DNA of 64,000 nucleotides from assembly GCA_036785375.1 (NCBI GenBank), contig JAWMAR010000030.1, positions 7,564,001 to 7,628,000 of the forward strand, given 5' to 3'. Below, in pieces: positions 27,701-36,775 of the stretch. The notes beneath the pieces were generated by a model that was given only the letters and a program-made list of their open reading frames with translations, was not told where the DNA came from and searched no databases. The DNA comes from Leucoraja ocellata. Its lineage: Eukaryota. How positions within the stretch are numbered: the stretch's first letter is position 1; every line of letters starts with the position of its first letter. The position numbers and the translations under genes are program-made.

Positions 27701-28710
27701 CAGCTAACAGAATGCAGAGTTTGGTTCATATCCAACAATTAAATTGCAGCCTTTAGATTATTGCCTTTAATTATTCTGGATTCAAACATATATTGCTGTC
27801 AATTTGAAAATGAGACTTCATTGTTCAGTATTTGCTCAGTCTTTTGGTTTTATAATCTTCTGTAAGAATGAAAGCTAAACCTTCTGCTGATGATTATCAA
27901 ACCAGGTAATTAGTTATTCTGAGATTTTTTACTGTGCTGTGACCAACCTGCAGGTAATTAACTGGGAATTTCTAGGTTGCCTTAGAACTATACACATCCA
28001 TGCAAATTGGAAGTATCTGATACTATGAGCTTACACGATCCCCAGCCAAGTTTGAATTTGTGTTAAAATTGTGGCCATTTACGATGTTGCTTGAGGAGAA
28101 AGTATGGTGCATAAATAAGTACAGAATTATCCAAGCTAATGATGTGATTGCCTTCTAAGGTTGTCCTTGGTCTGAGGAGCATGTTAAATTGAATGGGTTG
28201 TATATCTCCCACAGTGTTGTGGGAGTCTAGCTGCTCATTTGCTGGGCCAGGTGAGGTTCTTCATTCTTACCTGGAATCCTTCCGTACTCGAAGCTGCTCG
28301 ATGGAGAACTTCTGCACACTGTGGCAGTAATAATTCCGGGAGGTCGGCTCCGCTGACACTCCCTCTTTGGCCTTGAGGCGTCGGTGGATCTCAGTCGCCA
28401 CCTGGGCAAAGCGTTTTGGCCCTTGGTTTATGACACTGACCAGCTTCTTGTGTTGGTTGGCAGAAGAGGTATTGTACCCAATGGCATCCTGAAGCTTGCC
28501 GATTTGGGAAAGTTTCCCTTTAAGTTCTTTTTCCAGCGACTGTATTGTCTTCAACTTCTGCTTCAGTTGCTCATCCTTCATCCTCAGTTCTTCTTCTAGA
28601 GTAACAATCTTCCCTCTGAGGTTGTCCAAGTTCTCCAAGGAGGTGTCTGTCGGGGTACGGGGGGAGTTATTCTGTTCATGCCTTGGTGCTCTCACAGAAC
28701 CGTTTCCCAT
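464..28710 (-). CDS. prkg2l: cGMP-dependent protein kinase 2-like (PKG II-type), 15 coding exons in window, 3' end beyond window start
   Basis: Exons joined by hand, all GT-AG and in frame (2039 nt): 28271-28710, 26215-26381, 24041-24154, 22097-22202, 21167-21230, 16888-16965, 15897-15991, 14267-14335, 11995-12093, 10927-11077, 10067-10203, 6398-6487, 4720-4861, 1217-1380, 464-586. Motifs: MGNGS myristoylation start, leucine zipper, [10 protein letters not shown] pseudosubstrate, two cNMP domains ([14 protein letters not shown]; FGEKALISDDLRSA), [33 protein letters not shown]2 ortholog versus paralog is not resolved from sequence alone. Confidence 0.93.
1217..1380 (-). CDS. PKG2-like coding exon 14 (activation segment)
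   Basis: 164 nt, [54 protein letters not shown]. Confidence 0.94.
2308..2513. mobile_element. PIF/Harbinger-type MITE
   Basis: About 85-bp terminal inverted repeats starting GGCCCCTGTCCCACTTAGGAAAC; TTA duplicated at 2305-2307 and 2514-2516. Confidence 0.8.
3397..3973 (-). mobile_element. CR1-clade LINE 3' fragment (RT C-terminus plus 3' UTR)
   Basis: [15 protein letters not shown]...[11 protein letters not shown]...[14 protein letters not shown]; (catagaaa)n tail; interrupts a Penelope-derived repeat. Confidence 0.9.
4280..4616 (+). mobile_element. Degraded CR1 LINE fragment
   Basis: Similar to 30490-30850 (cattgagtataagagt...cagagaaggtttatcag...tataaaattatgagagg). Confidence 0.7.
4720..4861 (-). 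CDS. PKG2-like coding exon 13 (catalytic loop)
   Basis: 142 nt, [47 protein letters not shown]. Confidence 0.94.
5602..5797. mobile_element. PIF/Harbinger-type MITE, same family as 2308-2513
   Basis: Same long TIRs and internal spacer; TAA at 5599-5601 and 5798-5800; short deletion in right TIR. Confidence 0.8.
5997..6346 (-). mobile_element. CR1 LINE 3' fragment
   Basis: Close match to 3397-3730 including (catagaaa)n tail. Confidence 0.88.
6398..6487 (-). CDS. PKG2-like coding exon 12
   Basis: 90 nt, [29 protein letters not shown]. Confidence 0.93.
6794..7352 (+). mobile_element. Penelope-like element fragment: inverted terminal repeat plus RT N-terminal coding piece
   Basis: ORF 7084-7365 [33 protein letters not shown] (PLE DKG motif); 15-bp TSD tcctgagctctgaag at 6779-6793 and 7353-7367. 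Confidence 0.85.
9652..9719. repeat. (CA)n microsatellite
   Basis: Long CA run; a compound (TA)(CA)(TGAT) tract follows at about 9842-9960. Confidence 0.95.
10067..10203 (-). CDS. PKG2-like coding exon 11 (catalytic Lys, helix C)
   Basis: 137 nt, [45 protein letters not shown]. Confidence 0.93.
10927..11077 (-). CDS. PKG2-like coding exon 10 (kinase Gly-rich loop)
   Basis: 151 nt, [25 protein letters not shown]...[12 protein letters not shown]; AAG acceptor (5' boundary less certain), donor gtgagt. Confidence 0.88.
11995..12093 (-). CDS. PKG2-like coding exon 9
   Basis: 99 nt, [32 protein letters not shown]; donor gtcagt. Confidence 0.9.
12495..12562 (-). pseudogene. Degenerate tandem duplicate of PKG2-like exon 8 (pseudo-exon)
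   Basis: Encodes [16 protein letters not shown] versus [16 protein letters not shown]; 68 nt (1-nt deletion); donor GA|gtacgt retained; flanking intron (about 12437-12494) resembles about 14200-14266. Confidence 0.8.
12822..13120 (+). mobile_element. tRNA-derived V-SINE (HE1-like)
   Basis: gggcggcacggtggtgtagcagtagag A-box head, ggtttgatcc B-box, tgtatggagtttgtac core. Confidence 0.8.
14267..14335 (-). CDS. PKG2-like coding exon 8 (CNB-B cassette)
   Basis: 69 nt, [23 protein letters not shown]; gcag|C and GA|gtaagt. Confidence 0.92.
15897..15991 (-). CDS. PKG2-like coding exon 7 (CNB-B)
   Basis: 95 nt, [31 protein letters not shown]. Confidence 0.92.
16156..16427 (-). mobile_element. Unclassified short retroposon with (TGA)n tail
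   Basis: 9-bp TSD cctctctta at 16147-16155 and 16428-16436; CpG-rich; (tca)n at left end. Confidence 0.65.
16888..16965 (-). CDS. PKG2-like coding exon 6 (CNB-B)
   Basis: 78 nt, [26 protein letters not shown]. Confidence 0.92.
17392..17494 (-). mobile_element. Penelope-derived short repeat
   Basis: 14-bp TSD catggaactaccca at 17378-17391 and 17495-17508. Confidence 0.8.
17455..17487 (-). ncRNA. Minimal type I hammerhead ribozyme motif (intact core)
   Basis: Minus strand gt-CTGAAGA-A-GGGT-TTCG-GCCC-GAAA-CG-TC-acc. Confidence 0.65.
17620..18575 (-). mobile_element. Degraded non-LTR retrotransposon (RT C-terminal region), interrupted by a MITE
   Basis: [29 protein letters not shown]...[20 protein letters not shown]; clade not determined. 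Confidence 0.7.
18069..18389. mobile_element. MITE, Harbinger-like termini
   Basis: TIR aagccctgtcccacggtacaagttcattccaagagctctcc with its reverse complement at the right end; terminal GCCCTGTCCCAC resembles the 2308 family. Confidence 0.8.
18655..19130 (-). mobile_element. Rex1/Babar-type LINE 3' fragment
   Basis: AQRIIGCPL...[39 protein letters not shown], then 3' UTR and simple-repeat tail. Confidence 0.8.
19165..19468 (+). mobile_element. tRNA-derived V-SINE (HE1-like)
   Basis: tggtgcagtggtagag A-box, gggttcgaccc B-box, core, ctaaactaaa tail. Confidence 0.85.
21167..21230 (-). CDS. PKG2-like coding exon 5
   Basis: 64 nt, [22 protein letters not shown]; donor gtgagt. Confidence 0.92.
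22097..22202 (-). CDS. PKG2-like coding exon 4
   Basis: 106 nt, [35 protein letters not shown]; donor AG|gtgaga. Confidence 0.92.
22450..23490 (-). mobile_element. Degraded CR1 LINE RT fragment
   Basis: [17 protein letters not shown]...[10 protein letters not shown] motifs (ORF 22926-23114) and CR1 3' end near 22450. Confidence 0.8.
24041..24154 (-). CDS. PKG2-like coding exon 3 (CNB-A phosphate-binding cassette)
   Basis: 114 nt, [38 protein letters not shown]. Confidence 0.93.
24211..24575. mobile_element. Penelope-derived composite: inverted terminal repeats plus ORF start
   Basis: Two reverse repeat copies and one forward copy; minus-strand ATG 24400 reads [16 protein letters not shown], homologous to about 36369-36420. 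Confidence 0.7.
24488..24522 (+). ncRNA. Minimal hammerhead ribozyme motif
   Basis: agt-CTGAAGA-A-GGGT-TCCG-ACCC-GAAA-CA-TC-act; stem I agt/act. Confidence 0.55.
26215..26381 (-). CDS. PKG2-like coding exon 2 (CNB-A)
   Basis: 167 nt, [19 protein letters not shown]...GNHLYVLA; gcag|C and AG|gtgg. Confidence 0.93.
28271..28710 (-). CDS. PKG2-like coding exon 1 (myristoylation, leucine zipper, autoinhibitory segment)
   Basis: [11 protein letters not shown]...[10 protein letters not shown]...RVRKDS; donor AG|GTAAGA; CAGCAG acceptor near 28761-28766. Confidence 0.93.
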
Positions 28711-30164
28711 TGCATGAATATAAATCATCCCAAAGTTCTCTCAACAGATGCCAAGCTAGACTGCTGCCAAAATAAAGAAAACATTCATACAGTAGAATAT
28801 TGTTAAAACACAGGCAGCTGATATAGTGCTTCTTAAAACTCTTTAACAGATTGTTTCTGGTTCCATTAACAATCGCTTCCTCTTTGCAAATGATACAGTA
28901 AACAATTACACTTAACCATATGTGTATAAATTGTCATCAAACCTTAGCCCAAGATCCCAAGGGCATTACTTAGTTGATTAATGGGGCATGCAGTCCTTTC
29001 CAGGATCTCCAATGTGCTAGGCTGCCAATTGTTCCTAATGTAGAAAACATGGTTGACACATTCACAATAGCAGTGTGGCAATGATGATTTGCTTTTGGTC
29101 CCTGGGTGACGGATGAATATTGGGAACGCATTGAGGAAAAGGAGGTTTAATGGTCTAAGAGTTTCAGACTTGCAATAACTTATTTTTCCCAATGGATTTT
29201 CCAAAATTAAAGGTCTTTTTAATAGTTAAAAGTTTATTTTTTTAGTGTCAGCTAAAAATTATTAAAGCCAATGGTTAGCAAATGGGGGAGCTAGTCAATA
29301 GTTTCTCCATTATCATGTGTACCAAGGTACAGTTCAGCTTTGACTATCACCACACATAAGCACAATCTCCAGTTAGTACAGAAGGTATAAAATACCCACT
29401 GAGTCTATATGCACGAGTCGCCATTTTAGCACCATTTTACAGCCCCTGGCCACAAAGGTTCATTGCAGCCATCAACTCCATTCTGATCGTCCCATGACCC
29501 ATTGTCCCTCTCCTTGCACGGCCCTCTTCAACCCTTGTTCTCCGGCTCTATAATAGAATATCATGTGTATAGTTTTTAAGGTGAGAGTGGACAAGTTTAA
29601 AGGAGATGTGCGGGGTAAGTTTTTTTCATGCGGAGAGTGGTAGGCACTTAGAATGTGTTGCGAGGGGAGGTGATGGAAATGATAGGGGCATTTAAGAGGC
29701 ATCTTTGGACAGGGACATGGAAATGGGAATGGAGGAATATGGGTCATGTACATCAGAGAATAGATTAACTTGGCATCATGTTTTGCACATTGTGGGTCAT
29801 AGGGGCAGTTCCTGTGCGGGACTGTTCTACGTTCCGTGTTCTATGAAGCAATGCATGTCATTTTCAATTACCTCTCGTGATGAAACTGACATCTCATGAT
29901 GAAAGAAACTGTTAAGAACCACACGTGTCTGATTTGTGGAGTTTATAAGAATTAAGCCATTTATAAAAAAAGAGAATGTGAAAATAAATATATCCAACAT
30001 TTTAGTTAGATCAAAGGTCCTGAATACTTCTAGGTTAACCACTATGGAATAGATAGAAAATGTGGTAAAAACATACCATATAGTTACAGATTGCTGAACT
30101 TGGAACTTATAAAACAAACAGCTACTCAGTAAAAGGACAATCTGTGAAAGAATATATAATTCTT

Positions 30165-31120
30165 ACTTGGATTAGTAAGTATACAGATGATACTAAGATA
30201 GGTGGGGTTGCGTGTAATGAAGTAGAGTTTCAAAGTCTACAGAGAGATTTATGCCAGTTGGAAGAGTGGGCTGAAAGATGGCAGATGGAGTTTAATGCTG
30301 ATAAGTGTGAGGTGCTACATCTTGGCAGGCCAAATCAAAATAGGACGTACATGGTAAATGGTAGGGAATTGAAGAATGTAGGTGAACAGAGGGATCTGGG
30401 AATAACTGTGCACAGTTCCCTGAAAGTGGAATCTCATGTAGATAGGGTGGTAAAGAAAGCTTTTGGTGGGCTGGCCTTTATAAATCAGAGCATTGAGTAT
30501 AGAAGTTGGGATGTAATATTAAAATTGTACAAGGCATTGGTGAGGCCAATTCTGGAGTATGGTGTACAATTTTGGTCGCCTAATTATAGGAAGGATGTCA
30601 ACAAAATAGAGAGAGTACAGAGGAAATTTACTAGAATGTTGCCTGGGTTTCAGTAACTAAGTTACAGAGAAAGGTTGAACAAGTTAGGGCTTTATTCTTT
30701 GGAGCGCAGAAGGTTAAGGGGGGACTTGATAGAGGTTTTTAAAATGATGAAATGATGAGAGGGATAGACAGAGTTGACATGGAAAAGCTTTTCCCACTGA
30801 GAGTAGGGAAGATTCAAACAAGGGGACATGACTTGAGAATTAAGGGACTGAAGTTTAGGGGTAACATGAGGGGGAACTTCTTTACTCAGAGAGTGGTAGC
30901 TGTGTGGAATGAGCTTCCAGTGAAGGTGGTGGAGGCAGGTTCGTTTTTATCATTTAAAAATAAATTGGATAGTTATATGGATGGCAAGGGAATGGAGGGT
31001 TATGGTCTGGGCGCAGGTATATGGGACTAGGGGAGAATATGTGTTCGGCACGGACTAGAAGGGTCGAGATGGCCTGTTTCCGTGCTGTAATTGTTATATG
31101 GTTATATGGTTATATGGTTA
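30165..31120 (+). mobile_element. CR1 LINE 3' fragment, young
   Basis: ISKYTDDTKIGG...WQMEFNADKCEVLHLG...LVRPILEYGVQFWSP; stop at 30654, small duplication near 30742; (ttatatgg)n tail. Confidence 0.92.
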
Positions 31121-31919
31121 TAATGAAAGGATCTATGATATCTGAAACAAGGTGGAATAACTTAGCATTGAAAATTAAAGTGGAGCGGTTTGAAGAACGT
31201 ATTTCAGACTAAGTGTTATTAGAATTAGAACCCATTGGCCCATTTGCAATTGAGATTATACACTGTTCAAAGGGAAAGATGGATAAATATTAGAAGTGCA
31301 AACCAATCTGGAGAAACAATAGGAGAGTGAGATTAGTAAAAGGGAGTTGTATGGACCTGACATCATGAGATAAACTACTCAAACCTTTAAGACAATAGAG
31401 AAACGAGATCAAAACCCTTCAACTTGTCAAACGATGATGAAAGTGATCTTTAACTCTTCTCCCCCCAGGGGAATGGCTGTGAAGATACTTCTCCACAAAT
31501 CCAAAAATAAAGTATGTCGCTGCAGGACGGGAAGGAATAGAAGAGCATTAATCTTTGGAATTCTCTACTCCAGAAAGCTGTGATGACTGAACAATTGAAT
31601 CTACTCAAGGCTGATACATCGTTTGGGATAACAGGAAGGTCAAACTTCATGAGGAAGATATGAGAAGGTGTTTGAGATTAAAGCAGTTGTGGTCTTATTG
31701 GACAGTAAGGAGTAGGCTTGATCCCCTCCAGTTTCTTGTATAGAAGGGGAGACTAAGGGGAAGATGATGTGGTTGCAGGGAAAGGAACGGTGAATGCCTA
31801 GGGAGATACAGATGTGATGGGTTGAATGTGTACGGAGACATAACATTCTGAATTTCCCTGAGGGGATCAATAAAGTATTTATTATTATTATTATTTATTA
31901 GTGAATAGTGAATCGAGAT

Positions 31920-32120
31920 ATGGTGAAGGAGGATTAGAAGAAGGAAAAGCGAATTGAGAGACGTGAATTGAGAAATGGAGGGAGGAGACGAGATTGGAGG
32001 GAGAAGGAAGGGGAATTAAAAAGACTGTGAATTGAGAGACGAGGAGGAGAGGGGGAGATTGGAGGGAGAAGAGGGATGAATTTGAAGGAGAGGGAGAGTG
32101 CAGAGGAAGGCGGAGAACAC
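31920..32120. repeat. Purine-rich low-complexity tract
   Basis: Reiterated aattgagagacg and gattggagggagaag units. Confidence 0.7.
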
Positions 32121-32804
32121 ATTGTAATACAAAGGGTGCAGGGGGTAGGGTGGAACGGTTGAGGCAGGACAGAGACCCCCCGGAATCGCTGACCAGTGTT
32201 GCCCTTGTGATGCAAAATTCAGAAAACCAGCTTGGATGCGGGAGAACTGGGTCGGCGGATGGGGGAAAGAACAATGAACTCAAACGTAGATTGCACTGAT
32301 TATTTTTGATCTAATCCTGTAACCCCCGCGTCGCGAAGCAAACCAGTCCCTCGGGGTGGGAGGGAGAGAAAGGCTAATTCATCTATGTTTTACGCCTCAA
32401 ATCTATAGCGCTGAAACAAACATCAGGTTCAATGCACACCCGTCCCACAGAGAGAACGGAATCTGAAAGGGAAGCTAACCAACAAAACCTTTCAAAACAG
32501 CACCTGACTATTGCACAGTTTAAAATCTCAAAGAGAAGTTTTAGTAGATGCATTTACACCAGCAGGTTAAATAGGTGGATGGAAGGGAGGGAGGGAGATA
32601 GATTGGAGGGAGGAAGATGGGAGTGGTGCGTGCAGAGAGCGGTGAGATATTGGAGCTAACATGGGGGTAGAGGGGAAGACAGGGTCTGAGTCGCCCTCCT
32701 CCCTTCCACCATTATTTATCCCCCACTCCAACCTGGCCCCATCTGCCACTAACTCCCTCCTCGCCTGCACCTAGCGCTCGCCGGCCCCTCTCGGCTCTTT
32801 TTAA

Positions 32805-33072
32805 GACACAAAAAGCTGGAGTAACTCAGCGGGTCAGACAGCATCTCTGGAGAAAAGGAATAGGTTACGTTTCGGGTTCTTCACTCTGAGAGCCGGGGGA
32901 AAGGGAAACCAGAGATATAGACGGTGATGTAGAGATATAGAACAAAGAGGTGCAAACCCCGAAACGCCACCTATTCCTTTTTCTCCAGAGATGCTGACTG
33001 ACCCGCTGAGTTACTCCAGCTTTTTGTGCCAATCTTCGGTTTAAACCAGCATCTGCAGTTCCTTCCTACACA
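32805..33072. mobile_element. Palindromic Penelope-derived repeat
   Basis: About 32806-32877 is the inverted complement of about 32958-33029. Confidence 0.75.
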
Positions 33073-33083
33073 TACTGGCTTAC

Positions 33084-33480
33084 CTCTTCAACAGGTCATC
33101 TCCCCTCTCCGACCCCCGTCCGGGGTCCAGCCCCGAGCCATCTCTCGCCCTCCGCAGATGCTGCTTGACCTGATGAGTTAGTTCCTCCACAGCGCTTTGT
33201 TTTGTCTCCCTATGTAGCCGCCGTTCTCTGCATCGGTAAACACAGGCAGACTGGGCTGATGCACGATCCCGGCGCCGTCTCCTCTTCTCTCCCTCCTGGG
33301 CTTTGCACCGTAGTGGCCCTTGGTTAGACCAAAGATCTTTGGGACAGACTGCGGGGTTAGTGGGACCGGGACGTGCCCAAACCGATCCCACCTCCCACCT
33401 CCCACCTCCCACCACATCTGCGCTGATCCCCTTCGACTCAGTCCCTCCCTCTGGCGGATGTAAACAGGGAGTACGAGCCC
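33084..33480 (-). promoter_or_regulatory. Putative CpG-rich promoter and non-coding first exon of the PKG2-like gene
   Basis: Most GC/CpG-rich non-coding stretch upstream of the ATG exon; strong minus-strand donor GAG|GTAAGC at 33084/33083; TGTAAACA forkhead-like motif near 33459; TSS not determinable. Confidence 0.5.
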
Positions 33481-33499
33481 GTCAGAAAGTTCATCAGTT

Positions 33500-34080
33500 T
33501 ATGTTCATAAGTTAAAGGAGCAGAATTAGTCCATTCGGCCCATCAAGTCTACTCCACCATTCAATCATGGCTGATCTAACTTCCCCTCTTAACCCCATTA
33601 TCCCGCCTTCTCCCCATAGCCCCTGGCACCCCAATCAAGATTCTGTTGATCTCCACCTTAAAAATATCCAGTGATTTTTAGACAATAGGTGCAGGAGTAG
33701 GTCATTCGGCCCTTCGAGCCAGCACTGCCATTCAATGTGATCATGGCTGATCATCCGCAAACAGTACCCCGTTCCTGCCTTCTCCCCATATCCCCTGACT
33801 CCGCTATTTTTAAAAGCTCCACAGCCGAATATGTCAATGAATTCCGCAGATTCACCACCCTCTGACTACAGAAATGTCTCCTCATCTACATTCTAAAGGT
33901 ACGTCCTTTTATTCAAAGGCTTTGGGCTCTGGTGCTAGGTTCTCCCACTAGTGGGAACATCCTCTCCACATCCACTCTATCCAGGCCTTTCACTATTCGG
34001 TAAGTTTCAATGAGGTCCCCCCTCAATTTTCTAAGGCCCGGGGCCATCAAACGCTCATCATATGTTACCCCAATCATTCT
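33500..34080 (-). mobile_element. CR1 LINE 3' fragments (two tails)
   Basis: [29 protein letters not shown] and two CR1-type 3' UTRs. Confidence 0.8.
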
Positions 34081-36210
34081 CAAAAATACCTCTGGCATTA
34101 AACTTGGCCAATCACCTGAATTCCAGGGTCAACTTCACAGTCAGCAAGGGAAGGGCTCGCGAGAGCAGGCACCTTTGGTGCTCAGCTGTTAACTTTATTT
34201 AACACTGGGATCAATTGGTTTTGGAAACTGATAATATATTGGCTTATTATTGTCACGTGCCCTGAGATACAGTGAAAAACTTTGTTTAGCAATGCTCTCC
34301 AACCAAATTATACCGTACAGGAATATAATCAAACCATGAATGAGTGCCTGAGTCTGAAGAAGGGTCTCAATTCAAAACATCACCTATCCATTTTCTCCAG
34401 AGATGTTGCATGACCCGCTGAGTTACTCCAGCATTTTGTGTCCATCTTTGGTATAACCAGCATCTGCAGTTCATTTTGAATACATACATGAGTGCATCAA
34501 GGAGCAAGGAAACAGATATGGATGGGGAAATATTCAAGGTAACCAGGTTAAGGTACAAAAGTGGTGGAGTCTCCTCCAAAGGCCACACACTCCAGCTGTG
34601 GTCCAAGTTCTTTGGTTCTGACGATAACTGCAATTGTGACCCTGATGGAAATTATACTTTTAATACCATGGCTGCTCCAGGGTTCAACAAACATGTGCCC
34701 CATTTACCTTTCACAATTGCATTTCCAGTGAATGACCGAAAAATGGTCCCCATCCAAAATGTCGCCCTCCACAGATGCTGCCAGACCCGCCGAGCTACTT
34801 CAACACATTATTTTTCAGCATTCCAGCATCCACACTAATTCTATTTTTAATTCCCCAATTTCCTGGTAGTTACTCTAGATTTTGACCACTCAGCTATGTA
34901 CTAGGGATAATTTACAATGACCAATTGACCTGCCAGTAAGTAGTCTTTCCATAAGCCAGGTTGATGTCCGATTCATTTCCAATCCTATTGAAGACTTGGT
35001 CTATGGAACAGATGCGCCCTAATGCTGAGAACAGTATTCTTCCCCTTTGCCTCATCTATTTTACTTGAATTTAACTTGAATGTATATATGTATGGTATAT
35101 CTGATCTGTTTGGGCAGCGTGCAAAACAAAGTTATCCACTGTACCTTGGTACACTTGACAATGAATAACCTAAACCTAATCTTTAGTCTGTACTGGCATC
35201 TGTTAATTTCAATGCTTCAACTCCAGGAAAGTACATCTAGGGCTTTTCAATGTTCACTCTTTGAAGATATAGGGAGAATCACAGCAGGGGATCTGCCTTC
35301 CAAAGACAAACCGCAGTCCACATTCTATTGACTAAAGGAAAGGTGAAATATTGAGCATGGAGTTGATATGACAGTTCAGCTCACACTAAATTTCCAAGAT
35401 GAGTTCTGCATGTTCCATCCACTTTGAAGTCTGGGACCATCAGCCCTCTAATTGCATTTATCTTAATTCTTTCTGAAAAGTATACAGCTTCCTTCCTCCT
35501 TTCGAGGCAAAGACTAAGGGATGACGAGACAGATGGTTTGTGAATAGAGGTTGCATCTAACATTCGCTTGCGTGAATTATTTAGATTTACTGATAAGAGA
35601 CGCTCTGTGAGGTGAAGTGGACATCAGCAGCGGCCCATCCCATTCCCACATTGGAATTATTAGCAGGGTACGTCATTTCACCAAAATAATTAAAACTGTT
35701 CTGAAGCAGGCATAATATCTGTAGAAACCTCTCGTCCAAATAACGTAATGCAAACTTCTGGAAGAAGTCAGTGGACCAGGCTGCATCTGGGGAGGAAATG
35801 GTCAGGCAACATTTCGGGTCCAAACCTTTCTGCAGACTGAAAGGACAATGAGTCTGAAGAAGGATTAAGACCCCAATTGTCACCTGTCCAGCCCCTCCAC
35901 AGATGGACAGGAACATGGACCGGCCAGGTTTAGAGGATGCAGGCCAAACGTAGGCAGGTGGGATAATGTAGATGGGACATGTTGGTCGACGTGGGTAGGC
36001 TTGGTCGAAGAGCCTCCATCCACGATGTATAACTATGACTATGCAATGCTGAATTCCTGAAGCACCTTTGCTCAAGATTGCAGCAACTGCAATGTCTTGC
36101 AGTCCATGTAACACTAGATTTTTCTGGTGATTTTTTGTATTCCACCTAAAATTATATCATAAATCCTCAATGACGAAAGTACAGTATAAATTACAGAATT
36201 AGGTGGAATT

Positions 36211-36775
36211 CAGTCTGAAGAAGGGTCTCAACCCAAAAGTCACCCATTCCTTCTCTCCAGAGATGCTGTTTGTCCCACTGAGTTACTCCAGCATTTAGTG
36301 TCTCTCTTCGGTTTATACGGTTCCTTCTTACATATTTTGTCTGCTCCACTGGTAAATCTCCTCAAGGTATTTCTTCTTTGAAGAAGTTCTTCTCCTCTCT
36401 CCGACGAGAGTTCAGCAACATCCACTCTCCCTCTGTGGTTCCTCCTGATCGCCGACTCTACGACCACATATTAACCCAGACTCACTACCACAACCATGTT
36501 TGTTTTCTCAATGCTTGCCTGCATCTCCATCTTCTAGCTCGGGGATTCCAACTCCGGTTCCAGACCTCGCAGTTCGGACACAACCCGATTACTGGTACCG
36601 ACAGTCGATCTGCCGCTTTTCGCAATAGTTCTTCTTCCGTGCCCTGTGCTCCACACTTGCTGCGATGGATCAGTCTGAAGAAGGATCTCAACCTGATACG
36701 TTCGTTACCCATTCCTTCTCTCCAGAGATGCTGCCTGTCCCACTGAGTCACTCCAGCATTTTGTATCTATCTTCA
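36211..36775 (+). mobile_element. Penelope-like element 5' fragment between direct terminal repeats
   Basis: Direct repeats at about 36211-36315 and 36671-36775, each beginning cagtctgaagaagg; intervening ORF remnant RLYDHILTQTHYHNHVCFLNACLHLHLLARGFQLRF. Confidence 0.7.

Noticed and set aside
30144-31030. Functional reverse transcriptase gene
   Set aside because: 5'-truncated CR1 with an internal stop and a frameshifting duplication.
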